Below are positions 31,210 to 40,743 of a DNA stretch of 64,000 bases, piece after piece. Position numbers and translations under genes: made by a program. Origin of the DNA: Nitrospirota bacterium (GTDB lineage Bacteria > Nitrospirota > Nitrospiria > Nitrospirales > Nitrospiraceae); contig CAVPBK010000004.1 of the NCBI GenBank assembly GCA_963701855.1, positions 160,001-224,000 on the forward strand, written 5' to 3'. Positions within the stretch are counted from its first letter, which is position 1. Each line of letters opens with the position of its first letter. Under the pieces are notes generated by a model. That model did not search any database and was not told the DNA's origin. It worked only from the letters and a program-made list of their open reading frames with translations.

Positions 31210-31297
31210 GTGAAACGTGAATCGTAAAAGGTGAAACGGCGCTCCATATCTACCGAACTACCGACCCAGACACTTCCTCGACATTTCACGTTTTACG
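31210..31297. repeat. Inverted pair of degenerate heptamer tandem repeats (GTGAAAC)n ... (TTTCACG)n
   Basis: GTGAAAC GTGAATC GTAAAAG GTGAAAC then TTTCACG TTTTACG. Confidence 0.6.
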
Positions 31298-31312
31298 CCT
31301 CGCGTCTTCTCT

Positions 31313-31387
31313 TGGAGCGGGCGATGGGATTTGAACCCACGACAGCCAGCTTGGAAGGCTGGAACTCTACCACTGAGCTACGCCCGC
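31313..31387 (-). tRNA. tRNA-Gly (TCC)
   Basis: GCGGGCG...CGCCCGC-TCCA, anticodon loop CTTCCAA. Confidence 0.96.
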
Positions 31388-31398
31388 CCATCATTGAA

Positions 31399-31471
31399 TG
31401 CTGAGTGCGCAGTGCTGAGTTCAAAGGCTGATTTCTCATTCGCTCAACATTCAGCACTCACCACTCGGAAC
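31399..31471. repeat. Inverted pair of heptamer repeats (TGCTGAG)n ... (CTCAGCA-like)n
   Basis: TGCTGAG TGCGCAG TGCTGAG then CATTCAG CACTCAC CACTCGG. Confidence 0.6.
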
Positions 31472-31488
31472 TTGCCTGCATCCAGCTT

Positions 31489-31573
31489 TGGTGGGCAGGC
31501 AAGGATTCGAACCTTGGAAGCCGATGGCAACAGATTTACAGTCTGCCCCCTTTGGCCACTTGGGTACCTGCCC
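31489..31573 (-). tRNA. tRNA-Tyr (GTA)
   Basis: GGGCAGG...CCTGCCC-ACCA, anticodon loop CTGTAAA, long variable arm. Confidence 0.96.
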
Positions 31574-31741
31574 GAAACGCTTTCACACGACACAACAATT
31601 CTAAATGCTTCCTTACCATTATCTTTTTCATCCGTATGATGAAAAAATAAAAGCAAGCCGGTCCACGCACGGCCCCCACTCCTTATTGAACAAGGATGAA
31701 TGAGGTGCGCTGTGGACATAGACTTGTTTATGAAACGCTGG

Positions 31742-31770
31742 ATTCTATTGATGAAGTATGGCGATGTCAA
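31742..31770 (-). promoter_or_regulatory. Sigma70-type promoter of tRNA-tuf operon
   Basis: Minus strand TTGACA-17 nt-TAGAAT. Confidence 0.75.
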
Positions 31771-31962
31771 GACCCAAAAGCAGAATTATCTTGTTTTTAT
31801 CCGAAACTCATTTCCATAGAGAGGAGGTTTCCCCTAGCCCCGTCCTGCCAAGTCCTCTCTTTTTCGTATTTACCTTTCTCGACGATATCTTATTTCCTAT
31901 GTCAATCTCACTTTCCCGACGCCCCACAGATATTTCATATGCTTATGGAAATACACATTTTA

Positions 31963-32856
31963 CTATCTGCACTGACCTTGTCGTTCAATTCCCTGACCCA
32001 GGCCAGAGAGCGCCCCGCTCGCGCGGGCGAGGAGGCTGGGGGAAAACTCAAGGACATCCTTCATAATTACCGCGGCTTCCTGTTCCGATAAACGCGAGGC
32101 AGGGGCCAAATACCGCTTTTGAGCGATGGCCCGCTCAGCAGAATCTTCCGGTTCGTAATACCCACGGAGAGTTCCTTCTCGATCAGCACGGCTGAGACGA
32201 CTCACCCATTCATCCTGACTCTTCCCAGATTTTTGAATCGATTGTCCTGCGCGACTAGTCAATTCCAACTGGTTCCATACAATCCACCCGACAAACACCC
32301 CCCATGTTTCGTTGAGAGCTTCCCAGGATTCACGCTCAGTCAGAACCCGCTCCTCAGTTTCACTCTTTCTCTGCACGATCGGTGTGATCAATACCGCTTC
32401 ATAATGGCAGCGCTGCTGCGCTCTCGCGAAAGCCAACACTGGATCCGGCACGACTTCGGACGAAGACACAGCCGATGTCACCAGATAGTCGATATAGGCG
32501 TGAAACAGTTCGTGATAGAGCGTTTCAATCTCGGCATGGGTGAGCCGCCCGAGCGGACGCAACGTGGCACCCGCTCTATTAAAGGACAGCGCACGATTGA
32601 GCACCATCCGATGCTCCCCAGGATGATACTCGGCGGCGTAACTGTGCAAATCGTCGAATTCAAACCGAACGAAGCTCGGTGGGATAGCCCTGAGAAACTT
32701 TGTCGGGAGACCCAGAGCATGGGCCTCACTGAGCAACTGTCCCCACATCCGGTCAGCTGACGATCGACGCTCTTCCGACATCCCCACATTCGGCGCGAAA
32801 AGAAGTCCGCCCATGAGAAGACCCATCGCGATTACTCTGCACAGCGCACGCATCAT
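31963..32856 (-). CDS. Exported hypothetical protein with HExxH (zincin-like) motif
   Basis: Signal-peptide-like N terminus; TLYHELFHAY and downstream ALNE. Confidence 0.75.
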   Translation of the reverse strand: MMRALCRVIAMGLLMGGLLFAPNVGMSEERRSSADRMWGQLLSEAHALGLPTKFLRAIPPSFVRFEFDDLHSYAAEYHPGEHRMVLNRALSFNRAGATLRPLGRLTHAEIETLYHELFHAYIDYLVTSAVSSSEVVPDPVLAFARAQQRCHYEAVLITPIVQRKSETEERVLTERESWEALNETWGVFVGWIVWNQLELTSRAGQSIQKSGKSQDEWVSRLSRADREGTLRGYYEPEDSAERAIAQKRYLAPASRLSEQEAAVIMKDVLEFSPSLLARASGALSGLGQGIERQGQCR

Positions 32857-32909
32857 TGATGGAAATCCATTTCGATGCCGGGAGGTTTACGCAGGGGTAT
32901 CGCCTCCAT

Positions 32910-33244
32910 CTAGCAGGCTGCGGAAAAACTCAGTTTGTGCTCAAATCGCGCTGTACACTTATCGAATGGCATTGACGCATGAACACCTGGCAGGATGCTC
33001 AAAAAGGCCAGATTTCTCACCCGCCCAACCCTGGCGAGGACCTTCCGCTTTCTTATGTTTTTCTTGGAGGGAGTGGCCAGGGCTGCCCTTTACTGCGCGC
33101 ATCGAACGAGCACCGTTTCACCGTGTGCGTCCTGCGAGCAAGAAGGGCACCTGGCCGCTCCCTCCTCACTCTTTTCAAGCCGCGCGTTGCGCGAGCACGG
33201 GGATCGTCCCAGCTACCCCACCCCCTTTTCCCGCATCCTGCTAG
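32910..33244. mobile_element. MITE-like element A (composite), CTAG at both ends
   Basis: CTAGCAGGCTGCGGAAAAA ... TTTTCCCGCATCCTGCTAG; contains hairpin module A; right CTAG is helicase stop codon. Confidence 0.75.
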
Positions 33245-35262
33245 CGATCGTCGCGAGAATACCAGTCATGCTGCCCACCTTCCTCCACCAAAACCAGCTG
33301 GTCCAGCAATGCAGGCGAAACATGGTCCAGAAAACGTGACGGCTTCGACAGTACCATGCCACTGCCCCTGTCAAACACATTGATCGGGTAGGTCAAGTAC
33401 AAATGCCGCTTGGCTCTCGTCACGGAAACATAGAACAACCGACGCTCCTCCTCCAACTCCTCATCTTCACTAAACGAATAGACCGATGGGAATCTTCCAT
33501 CCACGATCCAGATGACAAATACACATTGCCATTCAAGCCCCTTGGCAGAGTGGATCGTGGACAACACCAGCCGCTCATCGTCACGATCGGGCGCCTCGGC
33601 ACGGGCAGCATTTCCGTCCGGCGGCTCCAACGCGAGATCGGACAGAAATGTTTCGACCGCTTGATACCCCTCCGCGATCGTCTGCAAATGATCCAAGTCC
33701 CGCGTACGTTTGGGATAGTCGTCGTACTGTTCCTTCAGAATCGGCAGGTAGTACTCATAGATATGACCCACTTGCTCAGCCGGACGAAGATCTCCGGCTC
33801 CGGCAAGGCTTTCGAGTGTCAGGGCTAAATCTTTTAGCCCTTTCCCCGATCGCCCCGGCATTGCGCGAAGGGCGACATAGGGATTATCCGATTTCACGAG
33901 CGCAGCCATGACATCCTGCGCCTTCTTCGGTCCCACCCCTTCGACGAGCATGAGCACTCGATGCCAACTGACTGCATCCAATGGATTGGCCACCACACGC
34001 ATGTGGGCCAACAGATCCTTCACATGCGCAGTCTCGATAAACTTCACCCCGCCGCGCTTGACAAACGGCAGTCCATGACGAGAAAGCTCAATTTCAAGAT
34101 CGAACGAATGAAAGCTCGACCGAAACAACACTGCCATTTCTCCGAGCGGAACCCCTTCCTCCCGCAACTCCAAAATCTTTTGCGCAATGAACCGCGATTG
34201 AGCATTCTCCCCCGCCGCCTCCACCAGAACCGGCAGCGGCCCATCGATCTTCCTTGTAAAGAGATGCTTGCTGTACTTCTCCTTCGCCTCTTCGATAATC
34301 GTATTCGCGAGGTTCAAGATCGGCTGGGTGCTGCGGTAGTTCTCTTCTAGCTTATAGATGGTGGTGCCGGGAAAGAGTGTCGGGAACTCCATGATGTTTT
34401 TGAACGTCGCGCCTCGGAAGGCGTAGATCGACTGCGCGTCGTCGCCAACGACCATCACATTCTGATGGGTGGATGCGAGATGCCTGACGACATCCGCCTG
34501 CAAACGATTGGTATCCTGATACTCATCCACCAGGATATACCGATACAAAGATGAGATGGCCATGCGGCTTACTTCATCCTCCATCAAAAGTCGCCGCAGC
34601 AACACCAGTAGATCGTCATAATCCACCAGTTGACGCTGACGCTTCGACGTCTGATATCCCCGCTGTAACTGTTCCAATGCATCGAGATGGTCGGAAAAAT
34701 GATCGAACTCTTCGACCACGATCTCGTCGAGCGGACGTAACGTATTCTCGGACTTGCTGAACATCTCCGCGATCGTGCCCTTGCGGGGAAACCGTTTATC
34801 CTTTTCGTTCAAACCCAGCTGCGCACGAACCAAGGCGATCAAGTCTTCAGCGTCGCCCCGATCGAGGATCGTGAAGCCCGGCTCAAGACCGATAGACCGG
34901 CCATAGCGCCGGAGCAACATATTGGCCACAGAGTGGAACGTGCCGCCACGGACACGTTCGCTGCGGACGCCGATCAATTCACCGGCTCGATCGAGCATTT
35001 CCTGCGATGATTTTCGCGTAAAGGTCAGGAGCAGAATCTGAGAAGGATCGATCCCCGAATCGATCAGATACGCCACGCGATAGACCAAGGTGCGCGTCTT
35101 GCCGCTGCCAGCGCCGGCAATGACCAGCGATGGCCCTTCGCCCGCAGTCACCGCCGCAAGCTGCTGGCTATTCAATGCCGCCACATAGTCAATGGAGAGC
35201 TTCCGGGAAGCGGCCTCGTCAACGGGGCGCTTCAGCACATAGGTTTTCGTTTCTTGTTCCAT
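33241..35262 (-). CDS. ATP-dependent DNA helicase, UvrD/PcrA/Rep family
   Basis: AGAGSGKT, VDEYQDTN, VGDDAQSIYAFRGA, ENYRS, STIHSAKGLEW, EERRLFYV; start MEQETK (longer ORF-track start lies in a repeat). Confidence 0.95.
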   Translation of the reverse strand: MEQETKTYVLKRPVDEAASRKLSIDYVAALNSQQLAAVTAGEGPSLVIAGAGSGKTRTLVYRVAYLIDSGIDPSQILLLTFTRKSSQEMLDRAGELIGVRSERVRGGTFHSVANMLLRRYGRSIGLEPGFTILDRGDAEDLIALVRAQLGLNEKDKRFPRKGTIAEMFSKSENTLRPLDEIVVEEFDHFSDHLDALEQLQRGYQTSKRQRQLVDYDDLLVLLRRLLMEDEVSRMAISSLYRYILVDEYQDTNRLQADVVRHLASTHQNVMVVGDDAQSIYAFRGATFKNIMEFPTLFPGTTIYKLEENYRSTQPILNLANTIIEEAKEKYSKHLFTRKIDGPLPVLVEAAGENAQSRFIAQKILELREEGVPLGEMAVLFRSSFHSFDLEIELSRHGLPFVKRGGVKFIETAHVKDLLAHMRVVANPLDAVSWHRVLMLVEGVGPKKAQDVMAALVKSDNPYVALRAMPGRSGKGLKDLALTLESLAGAGDLRPAEQVGHIYEYYLPILKEQYDDYPKRTRDLDHLQTIAEGYQAVETFLSDLALEPPDGNAARAEAPDRDDERLVLSTIHSAKGLEWQCVFVIWIVDGRFPSVYSFSEDEELEEERRLFYVSVTRAKRHLYLTYPINVFDRGSGMVLSKPSRFLDHVSPALLDQLVLVEEGGQHDWYSRDDR

Positions 35263-35355
35263 AGAGATGCGCGAAAGAGTTGTTGGGCAGTCCGGTCGTT
35301 CAGGGGAAGCGCTGTATAACATACTCTCCGACGCCCTTTCAAAGAGAAGGGGAAC

Positions 35356-35645
35356 GGAGCGGCCAGGTGCCCTCCGTGCTCGCAGAACGCGCACGGTGAA
35401 ACGGTGCTCGTTCGATGCGCGCAGTTGAGGGCAGGCTTGGCCACTCCTCTAAAAAGATGGAAAGAGAGAGGAAGGCCCTCGCCAGGGTAACTGGCACGTC
35501 TCGGCGTGCCAATGGGTGGGTGAGTGAGAAAGTCGCGCGCAGTAGAAGATCAATCAGCCCCCATCCCTGAAGAGACAACGAGCGAGCTTGGAAGAAACAT
35601 GTATATCGTTCGACACGCGCAATCGAGGATCGACTAGGCCATCCT
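35356..35645 (-). repeat. Composite intergenic repeat (module A plus shared segments)
   Basis: Reverse complement matches parts of 33010-33162 and 37250-37440. Confidence 0.75.
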
Positions 35646-35994
35646 GAAGGGAGCAAGTGGATGAAAAACCATAGCGCTCATGAGTGTCATTGCACGGCAG
35701 CCCAGAAACTTACCCCGCTTTGCCTACCAGAAAATAGCGAAGGGAGCGAGATGTGAAACCCCCGATGCCACAGAGACTATAAAGCCTGATCTTACCGCAT
35801 CGGTTCTATCTCAATCATTTACGAAGGCCAGAGGCAGATAAAAGACCGATCAAACCAGATTGGGCACGATGGTTCCGCTACAGTTAAGCTACAGAAATCC
35901 TATGACGTGAGAGTGCCTCATCCACTATTTCCAACCAGGCTCTACTCGATATGCGCCAACTCGCTCCACCCATTTCCCCATCCTTGCCATCGAT

Positions 35995-36324
35995 TCATCT
36001 CTTCCTCTTCGGATCAATGTGCTTCGTCCATTCATTCATCGTTGTGACCGGATGAATGCTCCCGGTTTGGGTCGGGGCCAACGGCTCGAAAAACTCCAGT
36101 ATGGATTGATAGTCTTTAGCCTGGAGAGTGATGTAGTAGGTATGTTCCGTGACTGCCACATAGGCGCTCAGGATCTTGATTCCTTTCTTTGCGGCGAGAT
36201 CCCGCTTTGCCCAAAATTCATTGAGCATGGTAGCGCCTTCCTTGCTTCTTCCGGGGCAATTCTCAGGTGTGTGCGTCCAATGGGCTACAAAGATCATTCC
36301 GTCGTCATCCATCCTCGCCTCCAT
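35995..36324 (-). CDS. Small hypothetical protein (possible DUF3303/GYD-like fold)
   Basis: IFVAHWTHTPENCPG...EHTYYITLQA...IHPV pattern; family is my recollection only. Confidence 0.6.
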   Translation of the reverse strand: MEARMDDDGMIFVAHWTHTPENCPGRSKEGATMLNEFWAKRDLAAKKGIKILSAYVAVTEHTYYITLQAKDYQSILEFFEPLAPTQTGSIHPVTTMNEWTKHIDPKRKR

Positions 36325-36828
36325 CTGTTTGGAATTAAGTGTCGCGACTTCCCCCTCGACGCAAGCGCCATGCTATTCCAATATTGCCACAAACCAGAGA
36401 AGACACGCTGAGAAAAATCGCCACGATCAAACGGAGTGGAACGAATGTTTGTCCAAAGTAGGGGGAACTGGCAGAGGAATGCTGCCTCAGTATCAGACTT
36501 ATGCAGGGGGTAAATAGCTACAGCATCTGGCTCTGTGTTTCATCGTATTATTCACGCGAGGAGGCCGAAGGATTGCGTATTGCCTATTCGCAGCGCTCCT
36601 GAGCTTCCTGTTTTCATTCTGGAAGTCTTCAACCTGTGGCTGAATTGTGGCTGATTTGAACGTGGGTGGAGCGCTCACGAGTTTCACTGCTTGACCTGCC
36701 AAGGGAAGATAACGGTATCAAGAATCATATTCGCCAAAACTTACAGCCGTCAATTCAAACAATGCTGACACCTTTTTATTCCCTTGCTACCAATGATCCC
36801 TCCAAGCTCACTCGTTACCTTCTTTCAA

Positions 36829-36922
36829 GGGGTGGCCTGGCTGGTCCTCAACTGCGCACATCGAACGACTACTGCTTCATCGTGGTGGTTCCGTGAGCAC
36901 GGGGGACCAACCAGGCCACCCC
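36829..36922 (+). repeat. Hairpin repeat module A copy
   Basis: GGGGTGGCCTGG...ACTGCGCACATCGAACGA...GAGCAC...CCAGGCCACCCC. Confidence 0.75.
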
Positions 36923-36931
36923 TCCCCCCTT

Positions 36932-37186
36932 CTACTGCGTCGATTCCTTGCTCTGAGCGGCTGTCTGCTCAGCCGATTGCTCCAATGTACTTTCCACCTG
37001 ACGGGCCTTATCCATCGGAGTCTTTATCGCATCCATCGTAGCCTGCCCTGCTGCCTGCGTTGCCGCATTGCCGGACGCAGCCGCAGCCTTCGTCTTTTCA
37101 ATCGGCGTCTCCTGACTACAACCGAATAGCCCCATCACCGATAGCAACCCGACAACGAATAGAACACCGCTTTTAGATTTCTTCAT
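36932..37186 (-). CDS. Small lipoprotein
   Basis: Basic N terminus, hydrophobic stretch, LFGC lipobox; GAGGAG SD. Confidence 0.8.
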   Translation of the reverse strand: MKKSKSGVLFVVGLLSVMGLFGCSQETPIEKTKAAAASGNAATQAAGQATMDAIKTPMDKARQVESTLEQSAEQTAAQSKESTQ

Positions 37187-37223
37187 CGCAATCTCCTCAT
37201 CTCACAATTCAACATTGAACGTC

Positions 37224-37527
37224 GCAGGATGCTCAAAAAGACCAGATATTCCACCCACCTAACCCTGGCGCGCCGAGACGCGCCCTGTCCCAAACAAGGC
37301 CGCAGCGCGCTACCACTCTATAATTAAGGGATGGCTCGACTGAATCCCCCACCTCACGCATCGAGCGATATACATGCTCCCTCCAAGCTTGCTCGTTCTC
37401 TCTCAAGGGATGGGGGCTGATTGATCTTCCACTGCGCGCGTCCAATCGAGGGCCTTCTCAGGCCGCGCGTTGCGCGAGCACAGAAGATCATCAGGCTCCA
37501 TCCCCTCCTTTTTCAGCATCCTGCTAA
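37224..37527. mobile_element. MITE-like element B (composite)
   Basis: GCAGGATGCTCAAAAAG ... CTTTTTCAGCATCCTGC terminal inverted repeats; contains module A variant. Confidence 0.75.
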
Positions 37528-37633
37528 GCAATCGTACCCGCGAGGCACCGAACGGACAAGACATTGCTGAAACAACCTCTTTGATCGCCGAGCCTGTCTC
37601 CGTTATAATCCCGCCACTGAAGAGGAGACCCCT

Positions 37634-38491
37634 ATGGCAACCGCCAACCAAGAACAACTATCGCAACTTCGCCAGCTTGCCGAGCTCATACTCGCTGTTG
37701 CGGGAGAATCCGTGACGGTTATGAAACGGACCGCCCCGGAGCGGGCTTTGAAATTGAAACGACAGGATGAGTGGAGCCTCTACCTTGAATTTCTCAAGGT
37801 CATGTTCAATCTCACCGACCGGCTCTCCGCCCTGTATCTGCCGGTCAAAGCACAACCCCAGTTCATGGACAATCTCGAGGACGCCGTCACCCTGCAATTG
37901 AAGAACGTACTCGAACCGGCATTCGGTTCCGGCATCGATCAAACAGAAATTATGCTCACCGTCGGCGCAGCGGTGGCAGAAAGTCGGCAGACCTATGAGC
38001 AGTACAGGTTTCTTGTCACCGAAAATAATTCCGTGAAGGACGAGATGTTGAAAGACTTTGGTGGACGAGTCGCCGACACGATGGGAATCGCAGGAAACGC
38101 GCAGGTCTCCTCCGCCGCAATGCTCTGCGCGAGCGCCGTGATTCCCGCTATCAAGGCGATCTTGGCTGGAGACGAGCCGCCAGCCGCCGTGGTCAGTACA
38201 GCCACCCCAGCGACCAATACAACGTCCGCGTCACCACCCACCGAAACGCCTAAACCTCAAGGTCCGACGGGAACCGAAATTAAGCTGTTGAGTGTGATGT
38301 CAACCGTCACCGGAGAAGAAGTGGAAACCCGATGGGGGTTGCACCCTCGATTTCGGCAAGACCTTCCCCTGGAGGACATGCAACAAGTCGCCAAACTGAT
38401 GAACCGAGTTGCTAAAATACTTGGCGAACGGTATGCCTCCGTGGCATTCTCAGACGAATGGACATCCTGGCATAAGGCCGGTCACGCGTGA
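37634..38491 (+). CDS. Hypothetical protein
   Basis: 285 aa ORF with GAGGAG SD and TATAAT upstream; Pro/Thr-rich linker. Confidence 0.8.
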   Translation: MATANQEQLSQLRQLAELILAVAGESVTVMKRTAPERALKLKRQDEWSLYLEFLKVMFNLTDRLSALYLPVKAQPQFMDNLEDAVTLQLKNVLEPAFGSGIDQTEIMLTVGAAVAESRQTYEQYRFLVTENNSVKDEMLKDFGGRVADTMGIAGNAQVSSAAMLCASAVIPAIKAILAGDEPPAAVVSTATPATNTTSASPPTETPKPQGPTGTEIKLLSVMSTVTGEEVETRWGLHPRFRQDLPLEDMQQVAKLMNRVAKILGERYASVAFSDEWTSWHKAGHA

Positions 38492-38565
38492 TCGCTCTCG
38501 CCAATCGAGCTTAAGCCGTTCCCACACGACAACGCCGACTTCGATATCAGCAACGAGGAGGTGCA

Positions 38566-40725
38566 GTGGATACTTCGCAAACAGCAACTGGTCTACCGAA
38601 TGGCATTCCATCCGGTCTCTCCCGTCTCATGGAATTGGCACATAACCTTTGGTGGAGTTGGACTCCGGAGGCCCGTCGGCTGTTTGAATACATCGATCCG
38701 ACCCTCTGGGAACTGACCCATCACAACCCCGTCGAACAACTGGCCAAAGTCAGGCCAGACCGGCTCATGCACCTCACCCAAGATCCCTCGTATATGCGGT
38801 TGTACTCTGCCGCCCTCAAGATATTCGACGAGTACCTTCAGAACAAACACAGTTGGTTTAAAACACAGCACGGCGATTTGAAAGCCCCCACCATCGCCTA
38901 CTTCTCTGCGGAATTTGGTCTGCATAGGTCCATCCCTATCTACAGCGGTGGTCTGGGCATTCTTGCCGGGGACCATTGTAAGGAAGCCAGTGATCTGGGT
39001 GTGCCCCTAGTGGGAATCGGATTCATGTATCCACAAGGATATTTTCGGCAGCGGATCACGCCGGAGGGATGGCAGGAGGCGGCCTATGCTCCGTTCAAAC
39101 AAGCAGAATCGCCGATTCATCCCGCCCTCACTCCATCAGGAAACGCATGCAGGATTACGGTCGAGATCGGTAGCCGGGTCGTCACTGCAGCAGTCTGGAA
39201 AGTGCTCGCCGGACGGGTGCCCCTCTACCTCATCGATACAGACGTCCCCGAGAACAGTCCGGAGAATCGGGCTCTTTCAGCTCGACTGTATGGCGGCGAT
39301 CAGGAGATGCGCCTCTGTCAGGAATATCTGTTGGGTATCGGCGGTGTCCGTATGCTTCGTGCATTGGGCATCGCACCGACGGTCTGGCATGCCAATGAGG
39401 GCCACTCCTCCTTCCTCACATTGGAGCGCGTTCGCGAATTGATCCAGAAGGGATCGACGCACGCGGACGCCTGCGAAACGGTCCGCCAGAGCACGGTGTT
39501 TACCACCCATACACCAGTGCCAGCTGGTCACGACGTGTTTCCCCACCATCTCATGGACCGGTACTTTACCGGCTATTGGGAGCAATTGGGCCTCTCGCGA
39601 GAAGATTTCCTCCGCCTAGGCGATACCCCAGAATCCCAGGGGCAAGGCTTCAACATGACGGCGCTCGCTCTCCGGCTGGCCGCCCATGTGAACGGGGTCA
39701 GCCGTGAACACGGGCAGGTCTCACGAGAGATGTGGCACCATATGTGGCCCGGACTACCGACCGAGCAAGTCCCGATCCACAGCGTGACCAATGGCATTCA
39801 TGCGCCGACCTGGATCGCGCCGGACCTCAACCAACTATACGGCAAGCATCTCGGCCCGGAATGGACGGAGAAATGCGACGACACGGCGATGTGGCAACGA
39901 GTCCTGGATATCCCCGACCAAGAACTCTGGGCCGTACGCCAAACCATGAAACGTAAACTCATGAGCTTCATCCGGGAACGTGCCAGGAGCGGGTGGATGC
40001 AGGGGCATCTCCAAGCCTCGCAGGTCATATCGCGAGGCACGCTGCTAGACCCCGAAGCACTCACCATCGGCTTCGCCAGGCGATTTGCCACCTACAAGCG
40101 GGCCACCTTGTTGTTCCGCGACCTCGAACGGCTGAAACAGATACTCCATAACCAGTGGCGTCCCGTCCAACTGATCTTTGCCGGCAAGGCCCACCCGGCT
40201 GATGAACCCGGCCGCTATTTCATTCATGAAGTGGTGAGCTTTTGCGACGACCATAAGTTGGGCGGCCACGTGGCGTTCATAGAAAACTATGATATGCACA
40301 TGGCGAAGTATCTCGTCCAAGGAGTCGACATTTGGCTTAACACGCCGCGCTTTCCCTTGGAGGCGAGCGGAACGAGCGGGCAAAAAGCCGCGCTCAATGG
40401 TGTCATTAATCTCAGCGTCCTCGATGGATGGTGGAAAGAAGGCTACAACGGAGCCAACGGATGGGGCATTGAACCCTTAGTCGGGAGCCAGGACATTCAG
40501 GCCCAGGACGAGCATGACGCGCAGCAACTCTACCGCATGCTGGAGCAAGAAGCCATTCCCCTCTACTATCAACGAGACCTTGATGGAATACCTCGCGGCT
40601 GGGTGCAACTCATGAAGGAAAGCCTCAGAACCAATGCTCCCCGCTTCTGCACCAAACGGATGGTCAAGGAATACGTCGACACAATGTATGCGCCCGCCAT
40701 GGTCATCGCGCCGTCGACATGGTAA
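38566..40725 (+). CDS. glgP: Alpha-glucan (glycogen) phosphorylase
   Basis: YSGGLGILAGD, HANEGH, ARRFATYKR, EASGTSGQK PLP-lysine motif. Confidence 0.96.
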   Translation: MDTSQTATGLPNGIPSGLSRLMELAHNLWWSWTPEARRLFEYIDPTLWELTHHNPVEQLAKVRPDRLMHLTQDPSYMRLYSAALKIFDEYLQNKHSWFKTQHGDLKAPTIAYFSAEFGLHRSIPIYSGGLGILAGDHCKEASDLGVPLVGIGFMYPQGYFRQRITPEGWQEAAYAPFKQAESPIHPALTPSGNACRITVEIGSRVVTAAVWKVLAGRVPLYLIDTDVPENSPENRALSARLYGGDQEMRLCQEYLLGIGGVRMLRALGIAPTVWHANEGHSSFLTLERVRELIQKGSTHADACETVRQSTVFTTHTPVPAGHDVFPHHLMDRYFTGYWEQLGLSREDFLRLGDTPESQGQGFNMTALALRLAAHVNGVSREHGQVSREMWHHMWPGLPTEQVPIHSVTNGIHAPTWIAPDLNQLYGKHLGPEWTEKCDDTAMWQRVLDIPDQELWAVRQTMKRKLMSFIRERARSGWMQGHLQASQVISRGTLLDPEALTIGFARRFATYKRATLLFRDLERLKQILHNQWRPVQLIFAGKAHPADEPGRYFIHEVVSFCDDHKLGGHVAFIENYDMHMAKYLVQGVDIWLNTPRFPLEASGTSGQKAALNGVINLSVLDGWWKEGYNGANGWGIEPLVGSQDIQAQDEHDAQQLYRMLEQEAIPLYYQRDLDGIPRGWVQLMKESLRTNAPRFCTKRMVKEYVDTMYAPAMVIAPSTW

Positions 40726-40743
40726 CGGGCCGTCCGGCGATTC

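Noticed and set aside
31574..31960. Expected tRNA-Thr(TGT) before tRNA-Tyr
   Set aside because: No cloverleaf found; the region holds the promoter. Absence is a minor variation.
35263..35656. N-terminal extension of the helicase and small ORFs with ARIERAPFHR-like peptides (also 689-1264, 32813-33383)
   Set aside because: Translations of repeat module A, not proteins.
35650..35990. Non-coding stretch with an imperfect hairpin (CCGATGC/GCATCGG)
   Set aside because: Single weak stem, no second copy or motif; insufficient for an ncRNA call.
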